Assembly: GCA_049967655.1 (NCBI GenBank)
Contig: JBMFSH010000004.1
Span: 57,193 to 121,192 of the forward strand
Length of the DNA stretch: 64,000 nt
DNA from: Acidobacteriota bacterium
GTDB taxonomy: Bacteria > Acidobacteriota > UBA4820 > DSQY01
Direction of reading: 5' to 3'
The translations under genes and the position numbers were made by a program. Below, piece by piece: positions 27,223 to 38,336 of the stretch (position 1 is the first letter of the stretch; each line of letters opens with the position of its first letter). The notes below the pieces were generated by a model. That model saw only the letters and a list, made by a program, of their open reading frames with translations. It searched no databases and was not told the origin of the DNA.

Positions 27223-28764
27223 CTATTCCCATTCAATGGTCCCCGGCGGCTTGCTGGTGACGTCGTACACCACGCGGTTCACGCCGCGCACCTCGTTGAC
27301 GATTCGAGCCGCCACGCGGGAGAGAAAGTCGGGCTCGAACCGGTACCAGTCCGCCGTCATGAAGTCCTGGGTCGTGACCGCCCGCAGAGCCACCACGCGG
27401 TCGTAAGTGCGGCCGTCCCCCATGACACCCACGGTCCGCACCGGCAGAAGCACGGCGAAGGCCTGGGCGATCTCGTCGTAGAGCCCCGCCGCCCGGATCT
27501 CCTCCAAGAAGATGGCATCGGCCTCCTGCAGGATCGCCACCTCCTCGCGGCAGACCTCCCCCAGGATGCGGACCGCCAGTCCGGGGCCGGGAAAGGGCTG
27601 GCGCCGGACGAAGACCTCGTCCAGCCCGAGCAGCCTTCCGAGGGTCCGGACCTCATCTTTGAAGAGGTCCCGCAGGGGCTCCACCACCTCCATGCGCATC
27701 CGCTCGGGAAGGCCGCCCACGTTGTGGTGGCTCTTGATGACGGAGGCCGCACCCGACACCGCGGCCGACTCGATGCGGTCGGGGTAGATGGTGCCCTGGG
27801 CCAGGAAGCGGATCTCGCCGAGGGCCGAGGCCTCCTCCTCGAAGACCTCGATGAAGGCGCGTCCCACGGCCTTCCGCTTGGCCTCCGGGTCGGACACGCC
27901 CTGAAGGGCCCGGAAGAAGCGCGCCGAGGCGTCCACCGAGCGGAGCTTGAGGTGGAACTTCCGCGCGAAGCTCTCCTCTACGAGCCGGGCTTCATCCTTG
28001 CGCAGCAGCCCGTGGTCGATGAAGAGCAGGTCGAGCTGGTCACCCACGGCGCGGTGGAGGAGCAGCGCCATGACGGAGGAGTCCACACCGCCCGAGATGG
28101 CGCAGAGCACCCGCTCCTTCCCCACGCGGGCTCGAAGGTCGGCGCAGGCTGTGGCCACGAAGGAGTCCATGCTCCAATCCCCCTTCGCTCCGCACGCCCC
28201 GTAGAGGAAGTTCCTGAGCATGGCCGTGCCGTGGGGAGTGTGGGTCACCTCGGGGTGGAACTGGATACCGTAAAGGCGCTGGTGCGGCTCCTCCATGGCG
28301 GCCACGGGCGCCTCCACGCTGGAGCCGGCCACCCGAAAACCTGGCGGTAGGCGGGCTACCCTGTCTCCGTGGCTCATCCACACGGTCTCGGACTCGGGAA
28401 GGCCTTGAAAGAGCAGGCAGGCGCCGTCTCCCTTGAATTGGGCGGGACCGTACTCCCGCCGGTCGCCGGGAACCACATCCCCGCCCAGCCGCCGCGCGAG
28501 CCACTGCATTCCGTAGCAGATCCCCAGGACGGGCACCCCCAGCTCCAGCAGGCGAGGGTCCGGGCTGGGCGCCCCCACGGCGTACACCGACTGGGGGCCT
28601 CCCGAGAGGATCACGCCGATGGGGCCGAAGGAGCGGATCGCCTCCGCGGGCAGGCTGTAGGGCTCCACCTCGCAGTAGACCCCGAGCTCGCGGACGCGCC
28701 GGGCGATGAGCTGGGTCGTCTGGGACCCGCAATCGAGGATGAGGAGCTTCTGGCCAGCGTGCAT
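27223..28764 (-). CDS. guaA: GMP synthase (glutamine-hydrolyzing)
   Basis: GICYGMQ, QFHPEV, SGGVDS, IKSHHNVGGLP, YDVTSKPPGTIEWE. Confidence 0.99.
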   Translation of the reverse strand: MHAGQKLLILDCGSQTTQLIARRVRELGVYCEVEPYSLPAEAIRSFGPIGVILSGGPQSVYAVGAPSPDPRLLELGVPVLGICYGMQWLARRLGGDVVPGDRREYGPAQFKGDGACLLFQGLPESETVWMSHGDRVARLPPGFRVAGSSVEAPVAAMEEPHQRLYGIQFHPEVTHTPHGTAMLRNFLYGACGAKGDWSMDSFVATACADLRARVGKERVLCAISGGVDSSVMALLLHRAVGDQLDLLFIDHGLLRKDEARLVEESFARKFHLKLRSVDASARFFRALQGVSDPEAKRKAVGRAFIEVFEEEASALGEIRFLAQGTIYPDRIESAAVSGAASVIKSHHNVGGLPERMRMEVVEPLRDLFKDEVRTLGRLLGLDEVFVRRQPFPGPGLAVRILGEVCREEVAILQEADAIFLEEIRAAGLYDEIAQAFAVLLPVRTVGVMGDGRTYDRVVALRAVTTQDFMTADWYRFEPDFLSRVAARIVNEVRGVNRVVYDVTSKPPGTIEWE

Positions 28765-28836
28765 GCTATGACCTTTTCCTGGAGGTTGGAGTATAGCCCG
28801 TCAGCACCGCTCCCCTCAAGACGGCGGCTTTGCCCC

Positions 28837-29940
28837 TCAGGAGGACGCCACCCCGCCGCTCCTCAGCCACTCCCGGAGCGCCTCCAGGAGGGCCGCCGGC
28901 TCCTTGGTGCTTCCCAGCGCTCCGCGCAGTGAGGCGGCTCCCGCCATGCCCGCGGTGTACTTGCCGAGAAAGCTCTTCATGCGGTGGAGGGCCAGGCCCG
29001 GGGGCCCCAGGGCGAGCAGCTCCTCGAAGTGGCCCAGGATGAGCCGAGAACGCTCCTCGAAGGAGGGCTGGCCGTAGGATCCCGTGCCCGCCAGCTCCTC
29101 GATCTGCCGGAATATCCAAGGGTTCTTCACGGCGGCCCGGCCCACCATGAGGCCGTCGCATCCCGTCCGGCGCCAAAGGGACAGGGCCTGCGCGGGGTCC
29201 CGGATATCGCCGTTGCCCACCACGGGGATCGAGACCGCCGCCTTGAGCTGAGCCACCCGCCCCCAGTCCGCCTCCCCCGAGTAGCCCTGCCTCCGCGTGC
29301 GGGCGTGGAGGGCGAGGCCGGCCACCCCCTCCGCCTCCAGCGCCCGCGCCACCTCCAGAAAGGTCATCTCGCTCTCGGACCAGCCCAGCCTCATCTTGAC
29401 CGTCACCGGAAGGGAGACGGCCCGCACCACCGCGCCGGCAACGCGGGCGGCCAGGGCGGGGTCCCGGAGAAGGGCCGCTCCGCAGAAGCCCTTGGTCACC
29501 TTTGAGGCCGGGCACCCCATGTTGATGTCCACCACGTCGGCACCCTCCCCCTCGCACCAGCGCGCGGCCTCGGCCATACGCTCGGGGTCGGACCCGGAGA
29601 GCTGGAGGGCGATGGGATGCTCGTCGGGAGCGATGCGGAGGTACTCCGCGGGATCGAGCCGCCCGCGAATCAGCCCCTCTGACGAGAGGATCTCGGAAAC
29701 CACGAGGCCCCTGTGCCCGCAGCGGCGGACGACCCTGCGGAAGGTGAGGTCGGTGAGACCGGCCATGGGCGCCAGTGCCAGTCCCGGAGAGACGCGCACC
29801 GGCCCCAGGCGGTAACCCGGGAGCAGGGAACGTTCGCCGGCCGGCGAGGGCGAGCCCGGCGCGCCTTCGTACCCTGAGGCCCCGGGCTGGGGATGGGGAG
29901 CGGGCGAAACGGCATGGAGGGAACAGACGGGGGGCCGCAT
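28837..29940 (-). CDS. dusB: tRNA-dihydrouridine synthase B
   Basis: LAPMAG, DINMGCP, VTVKMRLG, HART, GNGDI, GRAAVKNPW; start uncertain (ATG 29940 chosen). Confidence 0.88.
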   Translation of the reverse strand: MRPPVCSLHAVSPAPHPQPGASGYEGAPGSPSPAGERSLLPGYRLGPVRVSPGLALAPMAGLTDLTFRRVVRRCGHRGLVVSEILSSEGLIRGRLDPAEYLRIAPDEHPIALQLSGSDPERMAEAARWCEGEGADVVDINMGCPASKVTKGFCGAALLRDPALAARVAGAVVRAVSLPVTVKMRLGWSESEMTFLEVARALEAEGVAGLALHARTRRQGYSGEADWGRVAQLKAAVSIPVVGNGDIRDPAQALSLWRRTGCDGLMVGRAAVKNPWIFRQIEELAGTGSYGQPSFEERSRLILGHFEELLALGPPGLALHRMKSFLGKYTAGMAGAASLRGALGSTKEPAALLEALREWLRSGGVASS

Positions 29941-29981
29941 CTCCTCCCGATCCGCACTCCCCAGCTTGGCGTCTTGCTGGC

Positions 29982-30239
29982 TCAATTCTCTCCGCCTTCC
30001 ACGGCGAAGAACTCCCCCTCTTTGCCCTTCGGCACGGGCCGGAGGGCCTCCCGCAGGACGCGGATCCGGACCGGCGCCTCCTCCTCTTCCAGGATGGAGA
30101 GCAGATCGCCCGCCCGCACCTCCTTGCCGGGCTTGCCGGGGTGGCCGTTCACGAGCACGGCCCCGTCGAGGACCGCGGCCTTGGCCGAGGAGCGCCGCTT
30201 GACCAATCGCGTGTTCTTCAAGTAGAGGTCGAGGCGCAT
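29982..30239 (-). CDS. S4-domain RNA-binding protein (Hsp15/YabO-like)
   Basis: MRLDLYLK...LVKRRSSAK...VLVNG...KPGKEV.GD. Confidence 0.88.
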   Translation of the reverse strand: MRLDLYLKNTRLVKRRSSAKAAVLDGAVLVNGHPGKPGKEVRAGDLLSILEEEEAPVRIRVLREALRPVPKGKEGEFFAVEGGEN

Positions 30240-30296
30240 GGCCAGTCCGAGAAGCGGCCGTTCCGCTCTCCTCCCCGGGCGGAGGGAGGAGCAAGC

Positions 30297-30406
30297 GTCG
30301 AGGGTCGAGCGATGAGGCAAGAGAGATCGCCCAGCGGCCTTCGATCCGCCGGCAGCGGCCTACCCTCTACCATCTATTTCCCTCATCCCCTGTCCCCCGT
30401 CCCTCA
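30297..30406. repeat. Mirrored heptamer micro-repeats downstream of the SurA-like gene
   Basis: Left gtcgagg-gtcgagc-gatgagg; right cctaccc-tctacca-tctattt-ccctcat-cccctgt-cccccgt. Confidence 0.55.
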
Positions 30407-31363
30407 CACGTACTTCGGGTTGATCCGAACGTAGTTCTGGGCCTTGAGGTTGTCGATGTACTTCTTGTACTCCTTCTGGAACTTCTCCTCCTTCAAGGCC
30501 TCGATGATCTGGTCCCTGGCCTGGTCGAGCGTGGGGACCGTCGCGTCCTTGCGGTTCTCCAGGCGGAAGAGATACCAGCCGGCGTCGGTGGGGATCAGGT
30601 CGGTCACCTCCCCGACCTTGAGCGCGAAAACCGCCTTGGCGATGGGAGCGGCCAGATCGTCGGCGGTGAACCAGCCGGCCTCCCCCTTCCTGGTCCGGGA
30701 GAAGGCCTGCGAGTACTCCTCTGCCAGGTCGCCGAAGGACTTGCCCGCCATGAACTCCTTGCGGATTTGCGCGGCGAGGGCCTCGGCCTCTTCCTTGGTG
30801 TGCCCCTGCCTGAGGATGAGGATCTCCTGGAGCTGAACCTGGGGCTTGCTCGCCAGTTGGCTCTTGTGGGTTTCGTAATAATTCTTGATCTCATCCGTGC
30901 TGATGGAGATCTTGCTCCGGATCTCCCGGCTCCGCATGAACTCCGGCACGTAGATGAGCGTGAGCTGCTTGCGGAACTCCTCCATGGTGAGGCCTTCCGA
31001 TTGGAGGGCCTTGGCCAGGTCGGCCTTGGTCGCGATGTGGTTCTCCTTCATGAACTCGTCGATCTGGTTATCCACGATGGCGTCGACGTTGTAGAGCTGC
31101 TTGGCCTTCTCCACGAGGAGAAGCTCGTCCTCCATCTGCTCCAAGAGCTTCTGGGGCACCTCCTTGAGCTGCGCCTGCAGGTCGGGCCCCTTGTACTCCC
31201 GCTTGAGGCCTTCGATGGTGCTCTTCAGGCGCTGCTCGTATTCGCTGCGGGTGACGATGGCGTCGTTGACCTTGATGACGATCTCTTCCACCACCTTGGC
31301 CCGGGGCGCGGCACCGGGCAGTAGCAGGAAGAGGGCAAGGCTTAAGAGGACAAGGCGTTTCAT
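30404..31363 (-). CDS. SurA-like periplasmic chaperone / PpiC-type peptidyl-prolyl isomerase
   Basis: Signal peptide, VVEEIVIKVNDAIVT SurA-N-like start, parvulin motif FGDLAEEYS...KGEAGWF. Confidence 0.88.
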   Translation of the reverse strand: MKRLVLLSLALFLLLPGAAPRAKVVEEIVIKVNDAIVTRSEYEQRLKSTIEGLKREYKGPDLQAQLKEVPQKLLEQMEDELLLVEKAKQLYNVDAIVDNQIDEFMKENHIATKADLAKALQSEGLTMEEFRKQLTLIYVPEFMRSREIRSKISISTDEIKNYYETHKSQLASKPQVQLQEILILRQGHTKEEAEALAAQIRKEFMAGKSFGDLAEEYSQAFSRTRKGEAGWFTADDLAAPIAKAVFALKVGEVTDLIPTDAGWYLFRLENRKDATVPTLDQARDQIIEALKEEKFQKEYKKYIDNLKAQNYVRINPKYV

Positions 31364-32232
31364 GGTGTCTCCTTCTGGTACCGGAAGGGTAGTTTAGACC
31401 AAAACACCACCACCTGGAAGCGCTGGCGGAGGCTGGCCAGGTACTCCTTGAGCAGGCGGTCCCCCTTGGCGTCGCTGAGGGTGAGCCGGATCTGGGGCGC
31501 CACCTCCTCCAGGGGCAGCACGTAACTCGCGCAGCGCTGCTGCACGAGCACGATCTGGTAGAACTCGTCGGAGACGCGGATGGGCTCCGTGGGCACGCCC
31601 GGGCTCGCCTGCGCCAGCCGGTCGCGCAGGTAGTCGGGAAGCTCCGAGGATTGGAAGTACTGAGGGGCGCCCCTGTCGGGAGAGACGGAATAGAGCCGGG
31701 CCACGTCTCCGAAGCTGTGCCCCGCGCGGAGGAGCTTCTCTGCGTCCTGGGCCTGCTTCAGACCGGGAACGAGGATGGTCCTCAGGAGCACGCCCTCCCC
31801 TCGCCTGTAATCGGCCAGGTGCTGCTGGTAGTAGCGCTCCACCTCCCCGGGCAGAACGTTGATCTTGCTGTAGACGTTCTCCTCTAGCTCGGCGCCGGTC
31901 TGGTCGTCTCGAACCCTGGGATCCGAATAGGGCCCCAAGCTCACGGGTGCGGGAGGCACGGGGCCGGTGGCCGCATCGTTCAGGATCAGGACGCTGTTCA
32001 CGAGGCTGTCCCAGATCCGGCTCTGGATGAGGGGGTCCTGGGTATCCGGCACCTGGTTGTAGGTGAGGGCGGAGGCTAGATCGCTCCGGGTGATGAAGTA
32101 GCGGCCCACGACGGCGAGGATATCGGGGTTGCGCTCCAGACGCTTCATGGGGCTGTTGGCGCAGGCGGCCAGGAGCAGCAGGAGCGCGAGGGCCGGCGAG
32201 GTCCTGCCGCAGGGAACCTTCCTCACCCCCAT
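31360..32232 (-). CDS. Parvulin-type peptidyl-prolyl isomerase, probable lipoprotein
   Basis: LLLLAAC lipobox; FGDVARLYSVSPD parvulin motif; start at 32232 or GTG 32226. Confidence 0.78.
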   Translation of the reverse strand: MGVRKVPCGRTSPALALLLLLAACANSPMKRLERNPDILAVVGRYFITRSDLASALTYNQVPDTQDPLIQSRIWDSLVNSVLILNDAATGPVPPAPVSLGPYSDPRVRDDQTGAELEENVYSKINVLPGEVERYYQQHLADYRRGEGVLLRTILVPGLKQAQDAEKLLRAGHSFGDVARLYSVSPDRGAPQYFQSSELPDYLRDRLAQASPGVPTEPIRVSDEFYQIVLVQQRCASYVLPLEEVAPQIRLTLSDAKGDRLLKEYLASLRQRFQVVVFWSKLPFRYQKETP

Positions 32233-35200
32233 GCCTCCCCCGAAGGGCGCACCGCCTCCAGCAGGGAACCCAGGAGCCGGATCGAACTCTCGCCCTCCAC
32301 CAGCCCCATCTCCAGGCTTCCGGCCGGATTCAGGTGGACTCCCGGGCGACGGGAGAGGAAGCGCACCAGGCGCGCGGGATCCCAGGGGACCGAGGGATCG
32401 AAGCTGATGGCGAGAGCCCCCTTTCTCGCCGCCACACTGCGGATCCGCAGCCGTTCGGCGCGCAGGCGCAGCCGAACAGCCTCCAGCATGGCGAGCACCT
32501 TGTCCGGTGCCGGTCCGAAGCGATCTTGCAGCTCTTCCGCTACCCGGTCTACCTCGGCCTCCGTGGCGGCCAGCGACAGCTTCCTGTAAAACTCGAGCCG
32601 CTGGTGCATCTCTTCCATATACTCCACGGGCACGGCCAAATCCAGCCCCAGGTTCAATTCGCACCGGACCACCGGGGCGACCGCCTCACCCTTGGCCTCG
32701 GACACAGCCTCTTCGAGCATCCTGAGGTAGAGCTCAAAACCCACCGAGGCCATGTGGCCGGACTGCTCGGCGCCCAGGAGGTTGCCCGCCCCCCTCAGTT
32801 CCAGATCCACGGCCGCCACGCGGAAGCCGGCCCCCAGCTCCGAGAACTCCCGCAGGGTCTCGAGGCGGCGCTCGGCGTCGCCCTTCAGGGCGAGGCCCGG
32901 CGGGGTGAACAGGTAGGCGTAGGCGGGCACGTCGCTCCGGCCGATCCTCCCCCTCAGCTGGTAGAGCTGCGTGAGGCCCATGGCGTGGGCGTTCTCCACC
33001 AAGAGGGTGTTGGCCCTGGGCAGGTCCACCCCGTTCTCGATGATGGTCGTCGAGACGAGCACGTCGTATTGACCGTGAAAGAAGGCGATCATCACCTCCT
33101 CCAGGGCCCTCTCTCCCATCTGGCCGTGGGCCACGGTGACCCTGGCCTCCGGGACCCACTCCTGGATCTTCCTGGCGGCGCCCGCGATGGTCTCCACCTT
33201 GTTGTGCACGAAGTAGACCTGGCCGCCCCGCGCCAACTCCCTGCGGATGGCGGCCTTGACGAGTTCGGGGGCGAAGGGCTGAACGGAGGTCTGGATGCTG
33301 AGGCGGTCCTTGGGCGGCGTCTGGATGAGGGACATGTCGAGGATCCCCGAGAGACCCATCTGGAGCGTCCTCGGAATGGGCGTGGCGGTGAGGGTGAGGA
33401 CGTCCACCTTGGTCTTGAGCTGCTTGATCTTCTCCTTGTGGGTCACGCCGAAGCGCTGCTCCTCGTCCACCACCAGGAGGCCGAGCCGGGGCATAACCAC
33501 GTCCTTGGAGAGGATCCGGTGGGTTCCGATGAGCACGTCGATCTCCCCCGCCGAGGCGGCGGCGGCCACCCGCTTCTGGTCCCTGGCTTGGACGAACCTT
33601 GAGAGCATGGCTACGCGGACAGGAAAGGGGGCGAACCGCTCACCGAAGCGCTCCATGTGCTGCAGCGCCAGGACGGTGGTGGGGCAGAGCACGGCCACCT
33701 GCAAGCCGTCGGCCACGGCCTTGAAGGCCGCCCGCAGGGCCACCTCCGTCTTGCCGAAGCCCACGTCCCCGCAAACGAGTCGATCCATGGGCTTCACCGA
33801 CTCCATGTCGGCCTTCACCTCCTCCACCGCTCTCGCCTGGTCCGGTGTGAGCTCGAAGGGGAACTGCGCCTCGAATTCGGCCTGCCACTCGCCGTCCGGC
33901 CCGAACCGGTGCCCCTCCACCGTCTTCCTCTGCGCGTAGAGCTTCAGGAGGTCGCCGGCGATCTCCTTGACCGCCCGTCGCACCTTGTCCTTGGTCTTTT
34001 TCCAGGCGGTGCCCCCGAGACGGTCCAGGGGCGGGACGTAGCCCTCCGGCCCGGCGTACTTCTGGACGAGATCCATCCGCTGGACAGGCACGAGCAGCCG
34101 GCTGTCCCCCTGGTAGGTCAGCACCAGGTAGTCCTCCCGAAGCCCCTCCCGGACCAGCGTCTCGATGCCCTGGTAAAGCCCGACCCCATGTTCCAGGTGA
34201 ACCACCGGGTCGCCGGCCTTGAGGTCCCTGAGCCCCGTGAAGAAGGCCTCGCGGCGCTGGACGCGCGCCTCCGGGAGCGCCCCTCCGCGCCCGAAGATCT
34301 CCTTCTCCGTGACCGTCATCCAGAGAAGGCTTGGGAAGATCACCCCCTCCTCGGCGGGAGCCAGGGCGCCGTAGAAGCCGGGCGGCAGCTCGCCGCCCGC
34401 CGGCGCCTCTCTGAGGAGCGGCAGATCCTCGGCCAGCGCCATCTCGGCCAGCCGGTCCAGGGTGCCCTGCCCTTGGAGTAGGGCCAGGCAGCGGTACCCT
34501 TGCGCCACGCGATCCTTGATGTGGGTCAGGAGGCGGTAGGGTTCGCCGGGGTACACGGGGGCGCGCTCCGTGGGCACTCCCTCCCCCGCTCCGCCTGAAA
34601 AGCGGACGGTTCGAGGATCTTGGAGCAGGGCTTCCAGCTCCCCGAGGCCCATGAACAGACGCTCCGGGTCGAGGAAGGGGGGTCTGCGCCTGGCCTCGAA
34701 ACCGGACCTCCAGCCCTCGAGGGCGCTCTTGGCCTGGTCCAGGACTTGGGGCGGGTCCCAGAAGGCCCACTGGGCGGAGGAGAGGAACTCCTTCAGGGTG
34801 CCGAAGAACTCGCGGTCCTGGCGCACCTCCACGGCGAGCGACGGATAGGTCCCCACGCTGGAGAGCCCCTCCAGCCGCAGGGCCCCGAATTCTCCGGTTC
34901 CGGCGAGCCGGGACCTCATGTTCTCCAACAGGGCGTCGTCGCGAACGGCCTCGGAGAGCGGTGGCACGAGGAGGGGCCGGCCCACGGCCCCCAGGGAGTG
35001 CTGCGAGGCGGGATCGAAGAAGCGCAGGGAATCCACCTCGTCGCCGAAGAGTTCAAGGCGCACGGGGAGGTTCTCCAGGGGAGGGAAGAGGTCCACGATG
35101 CCCCCGCGGAAGGCGGCCTCGCCCGGCTCGCCCACCTGGTCCACCTGCCGATAGCCCAGGCGCCACAGGGCGGTGCGGAACTCCCGCCGGTCCAGGGCCT

Positions 35201-35615
35201 GCTCCTCCTCGATCGTGATCAGGCAGCTCCTCCACCAGCCGGGCCTGGGCACCCTGTAGAGGAGGCTCTCCGCCGTGGCGAGCAGGGAAGGGCGGGCGGA
35301 GGCGGCGAGGAGGGACAGGGCGGTGGCCCGCTGGGCAAGGATTCCGGGGTGGCCCGGCAATCCCTCGTAGGGGTCCGCGTCCGGGGCGGGCAGCCAGAGG
35401 GGGGCCCTCCCCTCACCCAGCAGGGCGCGCAGGAACCCGTGGAGCTTCAGGCCCACGGCCTGGGAGGGAACCACGATGGCGACGGCGACGTCCCGCTCCC
35501 CGAGTAGCGCCGCCAAGGCGTAGGACCGGCCCGCTCCGCCCACGGAGGCCAGTCCCTGCGCACCGCCCAGCCGACCTCCGAGCTCGGCCAGGAAGGCCCT
35601 GACCAGGGGCGTCAC
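32223..35615 (-). CDS. mfd: Transcription-repair coupling factor
   Basis: [51 protein letters not shown] 35615 overlaps the upstream stop. Confidence 0.97.
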   Translation of the reverse strand: MTPLVRAFLAELGGRLGGAQGLASVGGAGRSYALAALLGERDVAVAIVVPSQAVGLKLHGFLRALLGEGRAPLWLPAPDADPYEGLPGHPGILAQRATALSLLAASARPSLLATAESLLYRVPRPGWWRSCLITIEEEQALDRREFRTALWRLGYRQVDQVGEPGEAAFRGGIVDLFPPLENLPVRLELFGDEVDSLRFFDPASQHSLGAVGRPLLVPPLSEAVRDDALLENMRSRLAGTGEFGALRLEGLSSVGTYPSLAVEVRQDREFFGTLKEFLSSAQWAFWDPPQVLDQAKSALEGWRSGFEARRRPPFLDPERLFMGLGELEALLQDPRTVRFSGGAGEGVPTERAPVYPGEPYRLLTHIKDRVAQGYRCLALLQGQGTLDRLAEMALAEDLPLLREAPAGGELPPGFYGALAPAEEGVIFPSLLWMTVTEKEIFGRGGALPEARVQRREAFFTGLRDLKAGDPVVHLEHGVGLYQGIETLVREGLREDYLVLTYQGDSRLLVPVQRMDLVQKYAGPEGYVPPLDRLGGTAWKKTKDKVRRAVKEIAGDLLKLYAQRKTVEGHRFGPDGEWQAEFEAQFPFELTPDQARAVEEVKADMESVKPMDRLVCGDVGFGKTEVALRAAFKAVADGLQVAVLCPTTVLALQHMERFGERFAPFPVRVAMLSRFVQARDQKRVAAAASAGEIDVLIGTHRILSKDVVMPRLGLLVVDEEQRFGVTHKEKIKQLKTKVDVLTLTATPIPRTLQMGLSGILDMSLIQTPPKDRLSIQTSVQPFAPELVKAAIRRELARGGQVYFVHNKVETIAGAARKIQEWVPEARVTVAHGQMGERALEEVMIAFFHGQYDVLVSTTIIENGVDLPRANTLLVENAHAMGLTQLYQLRGRIGRSDVPAYAYLFTPPGLALKGDAERRLETLREFSELGAGFRVAAVDLELRGAGNLLGAEQSGHMASVGFELYLRMLEEAVSEAKGEAVAPVVRCELNLGLDLAVPVEYMEEMHQRLEFYRKLSLAATEAEVDRVAEELQDRFGPAPDKVLAMLEAVRLRLRAERLRIRSVAARKGALAISFDPSVPWDPARLVRFLSRRPGVHLNPAGSLEMGLVEGESSIRLLGSLLEAVRPSGEAWG

Positions 35616-36094
35616 GGCCGCGCGCCTCCCAGCCGGGCCAGAAGGGCGGTCGTGGACCGGCCCTCCACGACCGGAATGGTGAGGACGCGACCGCCGTGGG
35701 CCAGGACGTGATCCCGTCCCACGATGGCCTCCGGGGCCCAATCGCCGCCCTTCACCAGCAGGTCCGGCGTGAGGAGCTCAATGAGCCGGAGGGGCGTCTC
35801 CTCCGCGAAGAGGCAGACGGCGTTCACGGCATCGAGCGCGGCGAGGAGCTCCGCCCGCTCCGCCTCGGGCGTGACGGGCCGCCCCTCGCCCTTCAGCCGC
35901 CGCACCGATGAGTCGCTGTTGAGTCCCACCACCAGGCGGTCTCCGAGCCCTCGGGCCGCGTTCAGGTAGCGCACGTGCCCCGCGTGCAAGAGATCGAAAC
36001 AGCCGTTGGTGAAGACCACGGTCTGCCCGTCCCGCCGCCAGCGGCGCCGGCGGCTCAGCAGCTCCTCGAGATCGAGCACCCTCCCCGCGATCAT
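35612..36094 (-). CDS. rfaE2: D-glycero-beta-D-manno-heptose 1-phosphate adenylyltransferase (RfaE domain II / HldC)
   Basis: [38 protein letters not shown]. Confidence 0.93.
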   Translation of the reverse strand: MIAGRVLDLEELLSRRRRWRRDGQTVVFTNGCFDLLHAGHVRYLNAARGLGDRLVVGLNSDSSVRRLKGEGRPVTPEAERAELLAALDAVNAVCLFAEETPLRLIELLTPDLLVKGGDWAPEAIVGRDHVLAHGGRVLTIPVVEGRSTTALLARLGGARP

Positions 36095-37284
36095 TTCCCG
36101 AACCTCAGCTCGTCGACCCGGCGCTGCATGGGCGGCAGCACCTGGTCCAGCACCGATTTCAGGGGCACCGCACGCCCCCCCTCGGCCACGCAGGCCTCAT
36201 AGGTCTGGATGACGTCTCCCCTGGCGTCGAAGCTCATCGAACCCGAGGCCCCCTGGAAGTCCTTCACGGAGAGCAGCCCCTTGCGGACGTCCTGGGCCGA
36301 GAGGCCATCCCTGGCCATCACCGAAACCAGGACCATGACGGCATCGTAGGCGTGGGCGGCATAGATGTCGGGCACATCGTGATAGCGCCCCTCGTAGGAA
36401 GAGACGAAAACCTGCACCGCAGGGGACGACGCGTCGGGGTCGTAGGTCGGCCCCAGGAAGACCACCCCATCCAGTAGGCGGCCGGCCTTGGCCATGAGGT
36501 GCCGCTCCGCCAGGGCGCTGACGGAGAGCATGGGGCGATCGACCCCCTCCCTCTTCAGGCCCGCGATTAGCGGCAGCAGGTCCGGGCCGTACCCCACTAG
36601 GTAAAGGACCTGAGCCCCGCGAGATCTCTCCAGGGCGCTCTTCAGAAAGGGCTCGCTCCCCGCCTCGCCGGCGTTGAAGTCGAGCCGATCGACGCTCCTT
36701 CCCTCCGTGGAGAAGCGCTTTTCAAAGGCCGAGGCGAGGCCGTCTGCGTAGGCATTTCGCTCTGCCAGCAAGAGCACGCGGTTGGCGTGGAGGGTGTAGG
36801 CCGCCAGGTCCGCGGTCGCTCTTCCCTCCAGGGCGTCCGAGGGCCAGTTTCGAAACACGAAGTCTCCAGCCTCCGAGAGCCTGGGGCTGCTCGCGGAGGG
36901 CGAGAAGAGGACCCGCTGGTACTGCTCGGCCAGTGGCGCCATGGCCAGAGCCTCGTCGCTGCTGCCTCCGCCCACCACCACCGCCACCTTCTCATCAAGA
37001 ATCAAACTCCGGAAGGCCTCCACGGCCCGCCCGGGATCGGAGGCGGAGTCGCGGATGAGGACCTCCAGCCGACGGCCCTCGATCCCGCCTTCGCGGTTCA
37101 CCTGGTCCGTAGCCGTGAGGACCCCGCGCTCGAGGCTTTGACCATAGGCGGCCAGGCTGCCGGTCAGGGGCAGCACGGCCCCCATACGGACGGGCCTGGG
37201 GCCGCAGCCGAACAAGAGGAGGAGTGCTCCCAGGCCCGACAGCGTCCGACAACCACCTGGAAAGAGAGTAACGAGGTTCCGCAC
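36091..37284 (-). CDS. Branched-chain amino acid-type periplasmic substrate-binding lipoprotein
   Basis: LLLFGC lipobox; [34 protein letters not shown]; no permease gene adjacent. Confidence 0.85.
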   Translation of the reverse strand: MRNLVTLFPGGCRTLSGLGALLLLFGCGPRPVRMGAVLPLTGSLAAYGQSLERGVLTATDQVNREGGIEGRRLEVLIRDSASDPGRAVEAFRSLILDEKVAVVVGGGSSDEALAMAPLAEQYQRVLFSPSASSPRLSEAGDFVFRNWPSDALEGRATADLAAYTLHANRVLLLAERNAYADGLASAFEKRFSTEGRSVDRLDFNAGEAGSEPFLKSALERSRGAQVLYLVGYGPDLLPLIAGLKREGVDRPMLSVSALAERHLMAKAGRLLDGVVFLGPTYDPDASSPAVQVFVSSYEGRYHDVPDIYAAHAYDAVMVLVSVMARDGLSAQDVRKGLLSVKDFQGASGSMSFDARGDVIQTYEACVAEGGRAVPLKSVLDQVLPPMQRRVDELRFGK

Positions 37285-37551
37285 GCATGCCCTCCCGGGA
37301 GGTCCACTCTAGCCACCCGGGCCATTCCGGTCAAGGACAGGAGCCCGCCCAGCGTTCGGGCATCGCCCGGGGCGTGCTATCATCTGGCGTCAAAGGGAGG
37401 AGGAGCATCCATACGCGCTCCATGGCTTGCGGCGGCGGCCTTGGGATTCGCCGCTATAGGAAAGGGCCTAGTACATTAGGGACTTAGCGGGTACGGCGAC
37501 TCACGGGCTCCCTTAATCACTGTTTCGTTCTTTCTCTGTCTCCATCTCCGC

Positions 37552-38310
37552 CTATCCCCTCGGCATTGGCAGGAGCGCCCCGCCCGAGCAGCAGAGATCC
37601 ACGCCGGTGAGATGGCGGCTCGCCTCGCTCGCCAGGAACAGCACCGCCGAGGCCACGTCCTCCGCCTCCGCCACGCGGCGCAGCGGCACCGCGGCCACGA
37701 TGCGATCCTCGCGCTCGGCCAGGGCCGCTTCGCTCATGGGGGTCCGGACCCATCCCGGAGAGACCAGGTTCACGCGGATACGGGGTGACAACTCCTGCGC
37801 GATGGAGGAGACGAGCGATTGGACCGCCCCCTTGCTCCCGGCGTAGTGGCTGTGCCCCGGCTCGCCGCGCTGGCCCGCCGTGGAGCCGATGAAGATCAGG
37901 CTGCCGTGCCCCATCCGGCGCGCCGCTTCGCGGGCCAGGTAGTACGAGGAGAAGGTGTTGGTCCGGAAGGTGGTCTCCAGGGTCGTTCGGTCCATCTCCA
38001 GAATGGGCCCGTCGGTCCAAATGCCTGCCGAGTGCACCAGCACGTCGAGGCCCCCGAGCACCGCCTGGGCGGCCTCGCACAGGCCCACGCACCCCTCCTC
38101 CGAGGCCAGGTCGGCCCGGAGGGCGTAGGCCCGGCCCGCAGAGGCCTGAACGAGCCCGAGCAGCGGCGCCTCCTGGTTGTGGAACTGGGCCGCCACTCGG
38201 GCCCCCTGGCCAAGGAAGGCCTCCGCGCAGGCCAGGCCGATCCCCGAAGAGGCTCCGGTGATCAAGACCCGCTGGCCTTCGATATCCCCGTAGTGCACGT
38301 TTACTGTCAT
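37552..38310 (-). CDS. Short-chain dehydrogenase/reductase (SDR)
   Basis: TGASSGIG, YAGSK, VNLVSPG. Confidence 0.93.
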   Translation of the reverse strand: MTVNVHYGDIEGQRVLITGASSGIGLACAEAFLGQGARVAAQFHNQEAPLLGLVQASAGRAYALRADLASEEGCVGLCEAAQAVLGGLDVLVHSAGIWTDGPILEMDRTTLETTFRTNTFSSYYLAREAARRMGHGSLIFIGSTAGQRGEPGHSHYAGSKGAVQSLVSSIAQELSPRIRVNLVSPGWVRTPMSEAALAEREDRIVAAVPLRRVAEAEDVASAVLFLASEASRHLTGVDLCCSGGALLPMPRG

Positions 38311-38336
38311 ATGACATCCTCCTCGGCCATCGGCCC

